Source: Desulfatiglandales bacterium (GTDB lineage: Bacteria; Desulfobacterota; DSM-4660; Desulfatiglandales; HGW-15). Taken from it: a stretch of 64,000 nt of DNA. Shown piece after piece: positions 1-9,327 of the stretch. The position numbers were made by a program, and so were the translations under genes. A model generated the notes under the pieces. That model did no database searches and had not been told where the DNA came from. It worked only from the letters and a program-made list of their open reading frames with translations. Positions within the stretch are counted from its first letter, which is position 1; each line of letters starts with the position of its first letter. The stretch covers positions 2,176,001-2,240,000 of the forward strand of contig CAXXJJ010000001.1 in assembly GCA_963667015.2 (NCBI GenBank), in the 5' to 3' direction.

Positions 1-423
1 ATAATCACCTTAAATGAATAACTTAGGTGGTACCTGTACGCCGATGGCTTGTGTTCCCGCATGGGCACGTTAGAAACCCATGACCACACCACATCTATCC
101 GCCCAGAGGGATAGATCTTCGACCTTTATCCTGAAGTCAGGAAGTTAGCTCTCGTAGGTCTAGACTTTTATGACGACGCTTAAGGTCTTTGATTAATCTC
201 ACCATATTATCCAGCCCTCGCCCTTAACCCGGTAGAGCTCCGGGATGGGTTCGCCTGTCACCATTTGAACCCGTTTCGGTACTTTGTCCACGGGGCTTCA
301 CACTCTGTCATACGCGCAACAGCAGCATGCCCGTGTAGGGGACTGGAGGGGACGCTCCAGGTGTTGCCATGTATGGTGTAACCTCATGGTCAACACATAT
401 GATTATGCGACATCGTGTCGCAA
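1..423 (-). mobile_element. Group II intron, IIB/chloroplast-like type, 5' ribozyme part (domain I); truncated by window edge
   Basis: Minus strand starts TTGCGACACGATGTCGC right after the attC R' sequence CCGTTAT. It contains IIB-like domain I motifs (GTGTGAAGCCCC, AAGGGCGAGGGCTGGATAATATGGTGAGAT, GGCGTACAGGTACCACCTAAG). Hairpin 60-82 exposes CTAACG, a candidate EBS1. Confidence 0.78.
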
Positions 424-552
424 ATAACGGTGAAGTTAAGGAGCCTGGCGGTTTTATGGCAACTAGCCTCATGCTCCCAAGATACTTGTTAATATTGATT
501 TTGCTCCGCTTGGCGATATAGTAGCCAGGTCACCTTGAACTATTGGTTAAGT
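424..552 (-). other. attC site 1 (R' interrupted by intron)
   Basis: R'' ACTTAAC at 552-546; R' GTTAT at 428-424 followed by intron; internal arms cctggc/gccagg. Confidence 0.85.
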
Positions 553-948
553 GTTTTTAGATGTTGAATTTACCTCAAGAAGACCGAAACTATTACCGTC
601 TTCACTTATTCCATGAGCTGTTACAGGAACATCCAAATAGGCAAAATATATTTTACCCAAGTTAGTTTTAGGATGCCTTACAAAAAGATGATAACTAGAA
701 CCGTTTGGAATATATTTTTCAAGTTTTTCTAGCAGGCTCTCAACATTTATTGTTTTATTTTGTTTATTGGTATCATCATATAGGATGATATTTATTTCTT
801 CTCCATCTTCATCAATTTCAAGATCCTTGATTGGTAGTTCCATAAAATCATCTTTTAATTTTGGATTTTCTCTAATTACAAAGACATTGTAATCTTTGAT
901 ACCATCTATATTCTTTCGAATCTCATTTATAAGATATGATATTTCCAT
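547..948 (-). CDS. Cassette hypothetical protein (133 aa)
   Basis: ORF fills cassette; TAA stop lies in R''. Confidence 0.8.
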   Translation of the reverse strand: MEISYLINEIRKNIDGIKDYNVFVIRENPKLKDDFMELPIKDLEIDEDGEEINIILYDDTNKQNKTINVESLLEKLEKYIPNGSSYHLFVRHPKTNLGKIYFAYLDVPVTAHGISEDGNSFGLLEVNSTSKNT

Positions 949-958
949 ATGTCTTTAC

Positions 959-1046
959 ACTTAACGTTTTGCTCACCAGCCCCGCCGCGATGCTATGCGA
1001 AAAATGAAAGAGACCCTCCGGGGTCTGGTGTAGCTGTTTGTTATGC
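959..1046 (-). other. attC site 2
   Basis: ACTTAAC 959-965 ... GTTATGC 1040-1046 on +; arms gctcaccag/ctggtgtagc. Confidence 0.9.
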
Positions 1047-1760
1047 CTTCAATCCATCGAGACATTGTTGATAATTCTGCATAGAAGTATGAAACCCGTC
1101 CCTGATATCCCGGTGTAAATCCCAAGGCCAGCCAACACCGGATAGAAAAGAGGTATCAACATCATGATCTAACCAGAGTGTCTTCTGGTCTTTCTCTTGC
1201 ATTGTATGCCGCAAGTAATGCTTAATATTTTCTTCAAATGTTTTTGGCATTGACTCACCTTCTACAAGGTAGAATCGGGTTTTCAAGACCTCACGAATCT
1301 TGTCATGAATCGGATCAAAGTAATTTTCATGATAGTATCTTTCTATTATTTCTGATTTATCGGGTGTGACGCCTTTTTTCAACTCCATTTGAAGCTCGAA
1401 CGCTACGTATAGTATATGGTTTACCATGTTGTACAATGGTCCATAGAACTCTTCTATCTGTCGTTCGTAATGCTTCATTAACGCCTGAAGTTTCCGAGTA
1501 CGATCTTGTGCTGTCTGCTCCAGATGTACTTTAACCGATTCCAATTGTCTCAGGTATTGGGCTTTTTCCGATTCTATGGATTTTGTAAATTCTGCTTTTA
1601 TTTCCTCAATCTCCTTAAGGTGTTCAGTCTTTTCTCGTTCCATCAGTCGATTGGCCCAGATATTTCCCAGCCAATTTGATAGACCAAGAATTATTGCTCC
1701 TCCTCCGCCTAAAGATGCGAGCAAGGCAGCAACTACTGACCAAATTTCTCCAGTACTCAT
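1041..1760 (-). CDS. Cassette hypothetical protein with N-terminal hydrophobic helix and coiled coil (239 aa)
   Basis: GGAGG RBS; ORF fills cassette; stop in R''. Confidence 0.85.
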   Translation of the reverse strand: MSTGEIWSVVAALLASLGGGGAIILGLSNWLGNIWANRLMEREKTEHLKEIEEIKAEFTKSIESEKAQYLRQLESVKVHLEQTAQDRTRKLQALMKHYERQIEEFYGPLYNMVNHILYVAFELQMELKKGVTPDKSEIIERYYHENYFDPIHDKIREVLKTRFYLVEGESMPKTFEENIKHYLRHTMQEKDQKTLWLDHDVDTSFLSGVGWPWDLHRDIRDGFHTSMQNYQQCLDGLKA

Positions 1761-1775
1761 TGCGACCTCCTTTTG

Positions 1776-1840
1776 GCATAACGCCTTGCATAAGCGGTTT
1801 GGCGGCTTTTCGCCAAATCAGCTTGATGCAAATGTTATGC
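1776..1840 (-). other. attC site 3 (short type)
   Basis: GCATAAC ... GTTATGC; central tttggcg/cgccaaa stem; nearly identical to attC 16. Confidence 0.92.
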
Positions 1841-1845
1841 ATTTG

Positions 1846-2727
1846 TTACTTAAAAATAGCATATAGTATGATTACAATAATTAACACCCAAATTGCTGTA
1901 GCCAACCTGTTTAGTGGTTGCAAATACGACTGTAGTATCTTCAATAAATCTTGCTTTGATTTTTGTTCTGGTGTTAGTTCTTTTTTAAAAATATCTCCGT
2001 CCTCGACTTCTTCATAATTGTATTCGGAGTCTGTTTTTAGAAAATGTTGGCCAATTTTTGAAATTACATTTATCCATGAAAGGAAGCACGGTGTGGTTTC
2101 ATTAATAATGAGGTCTCTAGGGTGATAATGTTCTCTGAGTGCATCATCCACTTCATATGTAAATGAAAGAAGTGAGGTACATATCTCGATAGAAGAGTTG
2201 GAATCAGCCCTAAGAGCTGAAATAAGAGATAACAATTGATCTCGTGGGATAGTTAATTCAAAATAAATTTCATCTTCTCCTGGTTTGAAGTTCATTCGGA
2301 ATGCAGAACCGCGATAAAGACCTTTAGGCATTGTATTGGTTTCATCGGTGGGTGACCCAACTTTAATAGAAATGTTTGTGTCACCTGATGCATCCTCTAC
2401 AGAAAATATGTTTTCTTTTCCTTCGTCTTCAACTGCAAAATAGATATGATCTCGCATTTGGTTATCATCGACTATGCCTCTTATAGCAAGTTGCTCAGAG
2501 ATATCTGCTTTTACTAGTTTTAGCGGTTTTTCGGATTTTTCATCCTCCCAGTCAATATCAGTTTCATGCACGTTACAACCAGTTACGATTTTTATATTTT
2601 TTAATGGTAGATTGATGTGGTTAATGTTCCTTCGCCATTCCAAAGGTCTGCTTCGATCTTCAGGTGGCCCGACTTCTTGAAAAACACCATCCGATACTTT
2701 CAGTAGTTTTCTATCTCTTAGTATCAA
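1846..2727 (-). CDS. Cassette hypothetical protein with C-terminal transmembrane helix (293 aa)
   Basis: TTG start with GGAGG RBS; ORF fills cassette. Confidence 0.85.
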   Translation of the reverse strand: MILRDRKLLKVSDGVFQEVGPPEDRSRPLEWRRNINHINLPLKNIKIVTGCNVHETDIDWEDEKSEKPLKLVKADISEQLAIRGIVDDNQMRDHIYFAVEDEGKENIFSVEDASGDTNISIKVGSPTDETNTMPKGLYRGSAFRMNFKPGEDEIYFELTIPRDQLLSLISALRADSNSSIEICTSLLSFTYEVDDALREHYHPRDLIINETTPCFLSWINVISKIGQHFLKTDSEYNYEEVEDGDIFKKELTPEQKSKQDLLKILQSYLQPLNRLATAIWVLIIVIILYAIFK

Positions 2728-2747
2728 AATGTGCCTCCATATTCATT

Positions 2748-2812
2748 GCATAACGGTGCCCTTAACATGCCGGGCGGCGTTTCATCGCCCGGTCATAGTT
2801 GAAGGGCGGGTT
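2748..2812 (-). other. attC site 4; R'' box split by two group IIC introns (remainder ATGT at 7027-7030)
   Basis: GCATAAC 2748-2754, ccgggcg/cgcccgg stem, GTT 2810-2812; joining 2812 to 7027 restores GTTATGT. Confidence 0.92.
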
Positions 2813-4921
2813 GTGTGCCGGGCTGGCCCGGCTGCTAAATGGTGATGCGGAGGTATTTTGACACAAATACACTGCAAAGTCCATATCCAGGCTGACGGAG
2901 CCGAAGGATAGTCGAGGGCAAGGGTACTGAAAGGAATATGTGCCTGAAGGAAGCCTAAGACAAAAGCGTGGGTTGACGTACAGGTATGCCCCGTACCTTA
3001 ACTGGTAGAGGGCAGGCAGATTAGGCTGGGGGATGTCGGGACGAGTCCGCAACACAGGATAAAGTCCTATATCCGTTACATGGCTGAACCAAGTATATCT
3101 GACAATCGTGCGCTGAAAGTAGCCGAGGCTTACCCCGGGAGGTCCACTGCGTCTCAGAAGATCTATCGCTGTAAGCTACCGGAATATTGGGAAAACCGGT
3201 TAAAAAAAAATCCCGGCATCATTATGGCCGGGCGTCCCGGCAAATGATGAGCCTGTCCTGCAGGGCAGGGCAAACAAACAGAGGGCGCAGGCGGTAGAAA
3301 CCAATGAGTGACCAAACCGCAAGGGGAGACTATCGCGTAGTGGGAGTCAGCAGAGGGCATAATAGTTTCTGAGTACAGTCGGTACTAAGGAATAAGGCCC
3401 GAACGGTGCCACCTGTCGAATGGCAGGGGTAAATGAGAGAGGTTATTAGGAGACGAGTCTAATGAAATCATCGCGGCAGTGGAAACAACTTGAGTTGTAC
3501 TCGATAGATCCCGGCCCAAGGGCTAAAACGGATACGAGTTCCGAAGATTTTATTGCGTCGCGTCTATCCGAAAGCCCGACAGGTCAGATCCGGCTCATGG
3601 AGTCAATCTGTGAGCGGAGCAACATGAGACGCGCTATCAAGCGGGTCATCAAGAACAAGGGAGCCCCCGGTGTGGATGGTATGACCGTCAGCAAGATAGA
3701 CAGGTATTATCAAAGGCACCGGGACAAGATCGAAAAGGCCCTGCTGGAGGGAACGTATATGCCCATGCCGGTATTACAAAAGGAGATTGATAAACCGGAC
3801 GGCGGAACCCGCCTTCTCGGGATTCCTACTGTGCTGGACAGGGTGATTCAGCAGGCAGTGGCTCAGGTATTTACAAGTATCTGGGATTATACCTTTTCGG
3901 AGATGAGCTTTGGCTTCCGCCCAGAACGCTCTCAGCATGGTGCTGTTCGTCAGTACCGGGAGTATCTGAGGGCAGGGTATAAGTATGTGGTTGATATTGA
4001 TATATCCAAATTCTTTGACAGGGTAAACCATGACAGGCTAATGAGCCGTCTTGCTGCCAGGGTCAAGGATAAGAGGGTATTGAAACTAATCCGCAGGTTT
4101 CTGACATCCGGTGTAATGATCGGAGGTCTTGTAGAGCCAATGAGAGAGGGTACGCCCCAGGGCGGCCCACTTTCCCCCTTGCTCAGTAATATTGTTCTTG
4201 ATGAACTGGATAAAGAGCTTGAAAAGCGTGGTCTTCGTTTTGTCCGGTATGCTGATGACTGTGTCATATTTGTCAAAAGCAAACCGGCAGCGAATCGAGT
4301 GATGAGTAGTATAACCCGGTTTATAGAAAAGAAGTTGAGATTAAAGGTGAACCGGGAAAAGAGCGCCATTAGCCTCCCATGGAAAAGTAAGTATCTGGGA
4401 TTCTGCGTAACAAACTCAAGCACGAATCCCAAGATACGTATTCATTGGAAGAGTATCAAGAGGTTTAAGGAGCGGGTAAAGGAAATTACAGCCCGCAATA
4501 GAGGGCGCAGTATTGTGCAGGTGATCAAAGAGCTTAATGATTATATGAGAGGTTGGTGGAACTATTATGGTATTACCGAGTCCTACAACCGAATAAAGCT
4601 CTTGCCCAGTTGGATCAGGCGACGCCTTCGGGCTGTTATCTGGAAACACTGGAAGAACCGCAGAACCCGTGTAGGTGAACTCCTCAAAAGAGGAGTTAGA
4701 AAAGATGAAGCTGTTACTACAGGATGTGCCCGAAAGGGTCCATGGAGAATGAGCAGAGTTGAATGGGTTCAGTATGCACTACCTAATAAATACTTTTCAT
4801 CACTTGGGCTTGTGTTCCCCTGGAACTGATTTCTGCCTTGGATCAGCCGAACCGCGTTGTACGGACCCGTATGCTGCGTGGTGTGGGAGGGAGTAGTCGC
4901 GAGGCTACTTCCTATCCCGAT
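2813..4921 (+). mobile_element. Group IIC (attC-targeting) intron, copy 1
   Basis: Begins GTGTGCCG and ends CCTATCCCGAT. Short domain V with CGC triad (GAACCGCGTTGTACGGACCCGTATGCTGCGTGGTGT) is followed by the domain VI hairpin. Encodes an RT/maturase. Confidence 0.95.
3462..4829 (+). CDS. ltrA: Group II intron reverse transcriptase/maturase, class C, no endonuclease domain
   Basis: NKGAPGVDG, LGIPTVLDR, GTPQGGPLSPLLSNI, RYADD, WIRRRLR X-domain. Confidence 0.97.
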   Translation: MKSSRQWKQLELYSIDPGPRAKTDTSSEDFIASRLSESPTGQIRLMESICERSNMRRAIKRVIKNKGAPGVDGMTVSKIDRYYQRHRDKIEKALLEGTYMPMPVLQKEIDKPDGGTRLLGIPTVLDRVIQQAVAQVFTSIWDYTFSEMSFGFRPERSQHGAVRQYREYLRAGYKYVVDIDISKFFDRVNHDRLMSRLAARVKDKRVLKLIRRFLTSGVMIGGLVEPMREGTPQGGPLSPLLSNIVLDELDKELEKRGLRFVRYADDCVIFVKSKPAANRVMSSITRFIEKKLRLKVNREKSAISLPWKSKYLGFCVTNSSTNPKIRIHWKSIKRFKERVKEITARNRGRSIVQVIKELNDYMRGWWNYYGITESYNRIKLLPSWIRRRLRAVIWKHWKNRRTRVGELLKRGVRKDEAVTTGCARKGPWRMSRVEWVQYALPNKYFSSLGLVFPWN

Positions 4922-7026
4922 GTGTGCCGGGCTGGTCCGGCTGCTAAATGGTGATGCGGAGGTATTTTGACACAAATACACTGCAAAGTCCATATCCAGG
5001 CTGACGGAGCCGAAGGATAGTCGAGGGCAAGGGTACTGAAAGGAATATGTGCCTGAAGGAAGCCTAAGACAAAAGCGTGGGTTGACGTACAGGTATGCCC
5101 CGTACCTTAACTGGTAGAGGGCAGGCAGATTAGGCTGGGGGATGTCGGGACGAGTCCGCAACACAGGATAAAGTCCTATATCCGTTACATGGCTGAACCA
5201 AGTATATCTGACAATCGTGCGCTGAAAGTAGCCGAGGCTTACCCCGGGAGGTCCATTGCGTCTCAGAAGATCTATCGCTGTAAGCTACCGGAATATCGGG
5301 AAAACCGGAAAAAAATCCCCGGCATCAAATGACCGGGCGTCCCGGCAAATGATGAGCCTGTCCTGCAGGGCAGGGTAAACAAACAGAGGGCGCAGGCGGT
5401 AGAAACCAATGAGTGATCAAACCGCAAGGGGAGACTATCGCGTAGTGGGAGTCAGCAGAGGGCATAATAGTTCCTGAGTACAGTCGGTACTAAGGAATAA
5501 GGCCCGAACGGTGCCACCTGTCGAATGGCAGGGGTAAATGAGAGAGGTTAATAGGAGACGAGTCTAATGAAATCATGGCGGCAGTGGAAACAACTTGAGT
5601 TGTACTCGATAGATCCCGGCCCAAGGGCTAAAACGGATACGAGTTCCGAAGATTTTATTGCGTCACGTTTATCCGAAAGCCCGACAGGTCAGATCCGGCT
5701 CATGGAGTCAATCTGTGAGCGGAACAACATGAGACGCGCTATCAGGCGGGTCATCAAGAACAAGGGAGCCCCCGGTGTGGACGGCATGACCGTCAGCAAG
5801 ATAGTCAGGTATTATCAAAGGCACCGGGACAAGATCGAAAAGGCCCTGCTGGATGGAACATATATGCCCATGCCGGTGTTACAAAAGGAGATTGAAAAAC
5901 CGGACGGCGGAATCCGCCTTCTCGGGATTCCCACAGTACTGGACAGGGTGATTCAGCAGGCAGTGGCTCAGGTATTTACAAGTATCTGGGATTATACCTT
6001 TTCGGAGATGAGCTTTGGCTTCCGCCCAGAACGCTCCCAGCACGGTGCTGTTCGTCAGTACCGAGAGTATCTGAGGGCAGGGTATAAGTATGTGGTTGAT
6101 ATTGATATATCCAAATTCTTTGACAGGGTAAATCATGACAGACTAATGAGTCGTCTTGCTACCCGGATAAAGGATAAGAGGGTATTGAAGCTCATCCGCA
6201 GGTTTCTGACATCCGGTGTAATGATTGGAGGTCTTGTAGAGCCAATGAGAGAGGGTACACCTCAAGGCGGCCCACTTTCCCCCTTGCTCAGTAATATTGT
6301 TCTTGATGAACTGGATAAAGAGCTTGAAAAGCGTGGTCTTCGTTTTGTCCGGTATGCTGATGACTGTGTCATATTTGTCAAAAGCAAACCGGCAGCGAAT
6401 CGAGTGATGAGTAGTATAACCCGGTTTATAGAAAAGAAGTTGAGATTAAAGGTGAACCGGGAAAAGAGCGCCATTAGCCTCCCATGGAAAAGTAAGTATC
6501 TGGGATTCTGCGTAACAAACTCAAGCACGAATCCCAAGATACGTATTCATTGGAAGAGTATCAAGAGGTTTAAGGAGCGGGTAAAGGAAATTACAGCCCG
6601 CAATAGAGGGCGCAGTATTGTGCAGGTGATCAAAGAGCTTAATGATTATATGAGAGGTTGGTGGAACTATTATGGTATTACCGAGTCCTACAACCGAATA
6701 AAGCTCTTGCCCAGTTGGATCAGGCGACGCCTTCGGGCTGTTATCTGGAAACACTGGAAGAACCGCAGAACCCGTGTAGGTGAACTCCTCAAAAGAGGAG
6801 TTAGAAAAGATGAAGCTGTTACTACCGGATGTGCCCGAAAGGGGCCATGGAGAATGAGCAGAGTTGAATGGGTTCAGTATGCACTACCTAATAAATACTT
6901 TTCATCACTTGGGCTTGTGTTCCCCTGGAACTGATTACTGCCTTGGATCAGCCGAACCGCGTTGTACGGACCCGTATGCTGCGTGGTGTGGGAGGGAGTA
7001 GTCGTGAGGCTACTTCCTATCCCGAT
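4922..7026 (+). mobile_element. Group IIC (attC-targeting) intron, copy 2, directly abutting copy 1
   Basis: Junction ...CCCGAT|GTGTGCCG with no spacer; ends CCCGAT at 7026. Confidence 0.95.
5567..6934 (+). CDS. ltrA: Group II intron reverse transcriptase/maturase, class C
   Basis: 455 aa; 9 substitutions versus copy 1; YADD intact. Confidence 0.97.
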   Translation: MKSWRQWKQLELYSIDPGPRAKTDTSSEDFIASRLSESPTGQIRLMESICERNNMRRAIRRVIKNKGAPGVDGMTVSKIVRYYQRHRDKIEKALLDGTYMPMPVLQKEIEKPDGGIRLLGIPTVLDRVIQQAVAQVFTSIWDYTFSEMSFGFRPERSQHGAVRQYREYLRAGYKYVVDIDISKFFDRVNHDRLMSRLATRIKDKRVLKLIRRFLTSGVMIGGLVEPMREGTPQGGPLSPLLSNIVLDELDKELEKRGLRFVRYADDCVIFVKSKPAANRVMSSITRFIEKKLRLKVNREKSAISLPWKSKYLGFCVTNSSTNPKIRIHWKSIKRFKERVKEITARNRGRSIVQVIKELNDYMRGWWNYYGITESYNRIKLLPSWIRRRLRAVIWKHWKNRRTRVGELLKRGVRKDEAVTTGCARKGPWRMSRVEWVQYALPNKYFSSLGLVFPWN

Positions 7027-7693
7027 ATGTCATGTCTTTGATTGTAATCATATTTCCATCATGGAATATTACAGTATCTCCAATATAGATAATCTCATTA
7101 TTATCATGAAATATTGCCGAACCATCTGTGATTGAAACGATATCATGCTCAATACCTTTGGAATATTCACTGACTTTTTCGATAAAAGATGTTTCCATAT
7201 TATTAAAGTGTGGTAAAAATTCATAATTGACAATGTTAAGGGCTTGATAATTAGAGTGATCACGTATGACTTGTTCAACTGTCTCTGTTACCAGGCGAAA
7301 TAATGAAACATTTTTTGTAAACTGCATCGATCCACCACTTGCACCCATTATCAAAAGGTCTTCAGCTATTAAATTGAGTAAACGTGACTCTAAACCAGTT
7401 TGAAGAATATTTTCCCTAAAACTTATTGGATTCCCACCTGTTAAATAAATGACATCATATTTATTAAGGTCATCTAATTGCCTTTCATCAAGATCTTCAT
7501 CAATGTCTATAAAATCCAGATTTGTAAAACCAAATGATTTAAAATGCCTTTTAGCTTTAGGAAAACGTTCATGCCCCTCTTTACTAAATGGAGGTATCCA
7601 GGCAATACGAGGATTTGTGCCTTTACTTCTGATGTGTTCTAAAATAATTTCATTTCTTGATAAAGGAAAGTCACTTGTAAGCAATAATTTCAC
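7010..7693 (-). CDS. Peptidase S51 (peptidase E / class I glutamine amidotransferase-like) cassette; native stop split by intron
   Basis: IYLTGGN, GASGGS nucleophile elbow, FLPHF; last 5 residues (YRDRK) derive from the intron antisense strand. Confidence 0.85.
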   Translation of the reverse strand: MKLLLTSDFPLSRNEIILEHIRSKGTNPRIAWIPPFSKEGHERFPKAKRHFKSFGFTNLDFIDIDEDLDERQLDDLNKYDVIYLTGGNPISFRENILQTGLESRLLNLIAEDLLIMGASGGSMQFTKNVSLFRLVTETVEQVIRDHSNYQALNIVNYEFLPHFNNMETSFIEKVSEYSKGIEHDIVSITDGSAIFHDNNEIIYIGDTVIFHDGNMITIKDMTYRDRK

Positions 7694-7725
7694 AATTTAG
7701 CTCCAAGAATAGTTACCCTTCAATG

Positions 7726-7859
7726 ACATAACGAAAAGCATTACAGGCCGGGCGGTGCAAACCAACTTACCATGTTAAAGGTACGAGGATTCTGAGTTGG
7801 CAGATAGTTTAAAAAAGGCGAAAAAAATAGCACGGTCCTAGTAGATGCAATGGTTGGCT
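7726..7859 (-). other. attC site 5 (134-bp type)
   Basis: ACATAAC ... GTTGGCT; near-identical to attC 14 and 15. Confidence 0.9.
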
Positions 7860-8121
7860 GCCGCCAACCTGTTTAATTTGATTTTGACTTCTTACTTTCA
7901 ATTACTGATTTTTAAAGATTTGATGCTTTTTGAATACTATGATTTTTGATTCTTCTTTTTATATTGTTCTGAATTATTTTTCAAAGGAATTTCCGGGGAA
8001 TGGATTTCCTTTGTTTTGTTACCTTTTTATTTCCAGAACATTTCTCGCGCCTTTGAGTTACTTGTTATTTGCAACTTCATTTCCGCTTCTCCTGTAATTA
8101 TTTTCTTTCTGCTTTCCAGCA
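7860..8121 (-). repeat. ORF-less cassette, family copy A
   Basis: No long ORF; clearly similar to 13093-13363 and 13497-13755. Confidence 0.85.
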
Positions 8122-8253
8122 CGCCAACGCCCCAAATAACCAGACGGGCGGTTAATGATTATTGATACTTGCAAACATCAATTGCTTCTATGATGCACCC
8201 AACTGCGATCTGGCAAGAGAGTAGCCCGGTCTGAGTTGATTTGGATGTTAGCA
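8122..8253 (-). other. attC site 6
   Basis: CGCCAAC ... GTTAGCA; shares cgatctggcaagagagtagcccggtctgagtt with attC 7 and 8. Confidence 0.9.
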
Positions 8254-8679
8254 GTCTCCAAGTTCCACTATGCCAGGACTAAAGCAACCTACCATGAATC
8301 CCAAGTATGGATCATTGCCTTTTTCATTAATAACCCAATGCCAATCAACTATCTCGGTGTTTGTAGGGAAACTAAGTTGCACATTATTTTCGAAAGTTAA
8401 AATTAACGTTGAATCTTTTGATAGTGAGAGCTCATTTATTTTTTTCCTTAAGGTACAGCATGAAATAAATGATTTTGCCATATCAGTTTTATCGACAGCC
8501 TCTTCAGAAGGTTGGTATTCTGAGAGTACTTTATTATTTAGGAACTCTTCATCAGGTGAATTTACGTTTTGTGAAATTAACCAAAAGCCATCAAAGTAAT
8601 AATCGAATGTATCACCGATGCTGAATCGAGTATAGTAATTACCAATAAGTTTTTTCTTTAATATATCTATTTCGTTCAT
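8248..8679 (-). CDS. Cassette hypothetical protein (143 aa)
   Basis: Fills cassette; stop in R''. Confidence 0.82.
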   Translation of the reverse strand: MNEIDILKKKLIGNYYTRFSIGDTFDYYFDGFWLISQNVNSPDEEFLNNKVLSEYQPSEEAVDKTDMAKSFISCCTLRKKINELSLSKDSTLILTFENNVQLSFPTNTEIVDWHWVINEKGNDPYLGFMVGCFSPGIVELGDC

Positions 8680-8693
8680 ATCATTTCATGCAC

Positions 8694-8825
8694 TGCTAAC
8701 GCCGAAATAACCAGCCGCGGCGGTTTATTGTTATAAATAGTTGCCAACCTCAATTGTTTCTATGTTGCTCTCAACTCCGATCTGGCAAGAGAGTAGCCCG
8801 GTCTGAGTTGATTTTGTGGTTGTGC
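8694..8825 (-). other. attC site 7
   Basis: TGCTAAC ... GTTGTGC. Confidence 0.9.
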
Positions 8826-9289
8826 TATTCTTTGTTTTCATTAACTTCAATTGTAACCCAGTTCGACTCTAAGCTACCATTAAATAAACCTTTATCTAAC
8901 CATGATCTATTTTTATATTTTGCTTTCACTCGATATTGCCCTGCTTTTAAACAATACATTGAAATTATATTATTATGCAGATAGTCTACACCAATATACT
9001 CACCAGGGTCTAATGCGATAACATCTCTTTCAGTTAGACGACCTACAGTAACCATTGCACAGAGAGGAAATTCTATACCCTCTTTATTAACTACAATTAA
9101 ATCAACTTCAGCCAATTCAATGGTAGTACCTAAAGAAAATCTTTTATTTACTAATACCCTTCCATAAGATTCATTTTTTAAAGATAATTTTAGATTATTA
9201 TTATGGTTTTCTAGCATAAGTTTAATTGGTTCTTCTGCAAATACACCATTAGATAGAAGCAAAATAAGAACAATAAAATATTTAATCAT
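8825..9289 (-). CDS. Cassette secreted hypothetical protein (154 aa)
   Basis: GGAGG RBS; signal peptide ending VFA. Confidence 0.85.
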   Translation of the reverse strand: MIKYFIVLILLLSNGVFAEEPIKLMLENHNNNLKLSLKNESYGRVLVNKRFSLGTTIELAEVDLIVVNKEGIEFPLCAMVTVGRLTERDVIALDPGEYIGVDYLHNNIISMYCLKAGQYRVKAKYKNRSWLDKGLFNGSLESNWVTIEVNENKE

Positions 9290-9327
9290 TTAAGCCTCCA
9301 AATGGGACACAACTATCAATTCTTGAA

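Noticed and set aside
2762..5164. ORFs 2762..3055, 3163..3360 and 4769..5164 (-)
   Set aside because: Antisense shadows of intron ribozyme sequence.
2813..7026. Assembly duplication of a single intron
   Set aside because: The copies differ at many positions, including silent sites, and the junction falls exactly at the intron boundaries.
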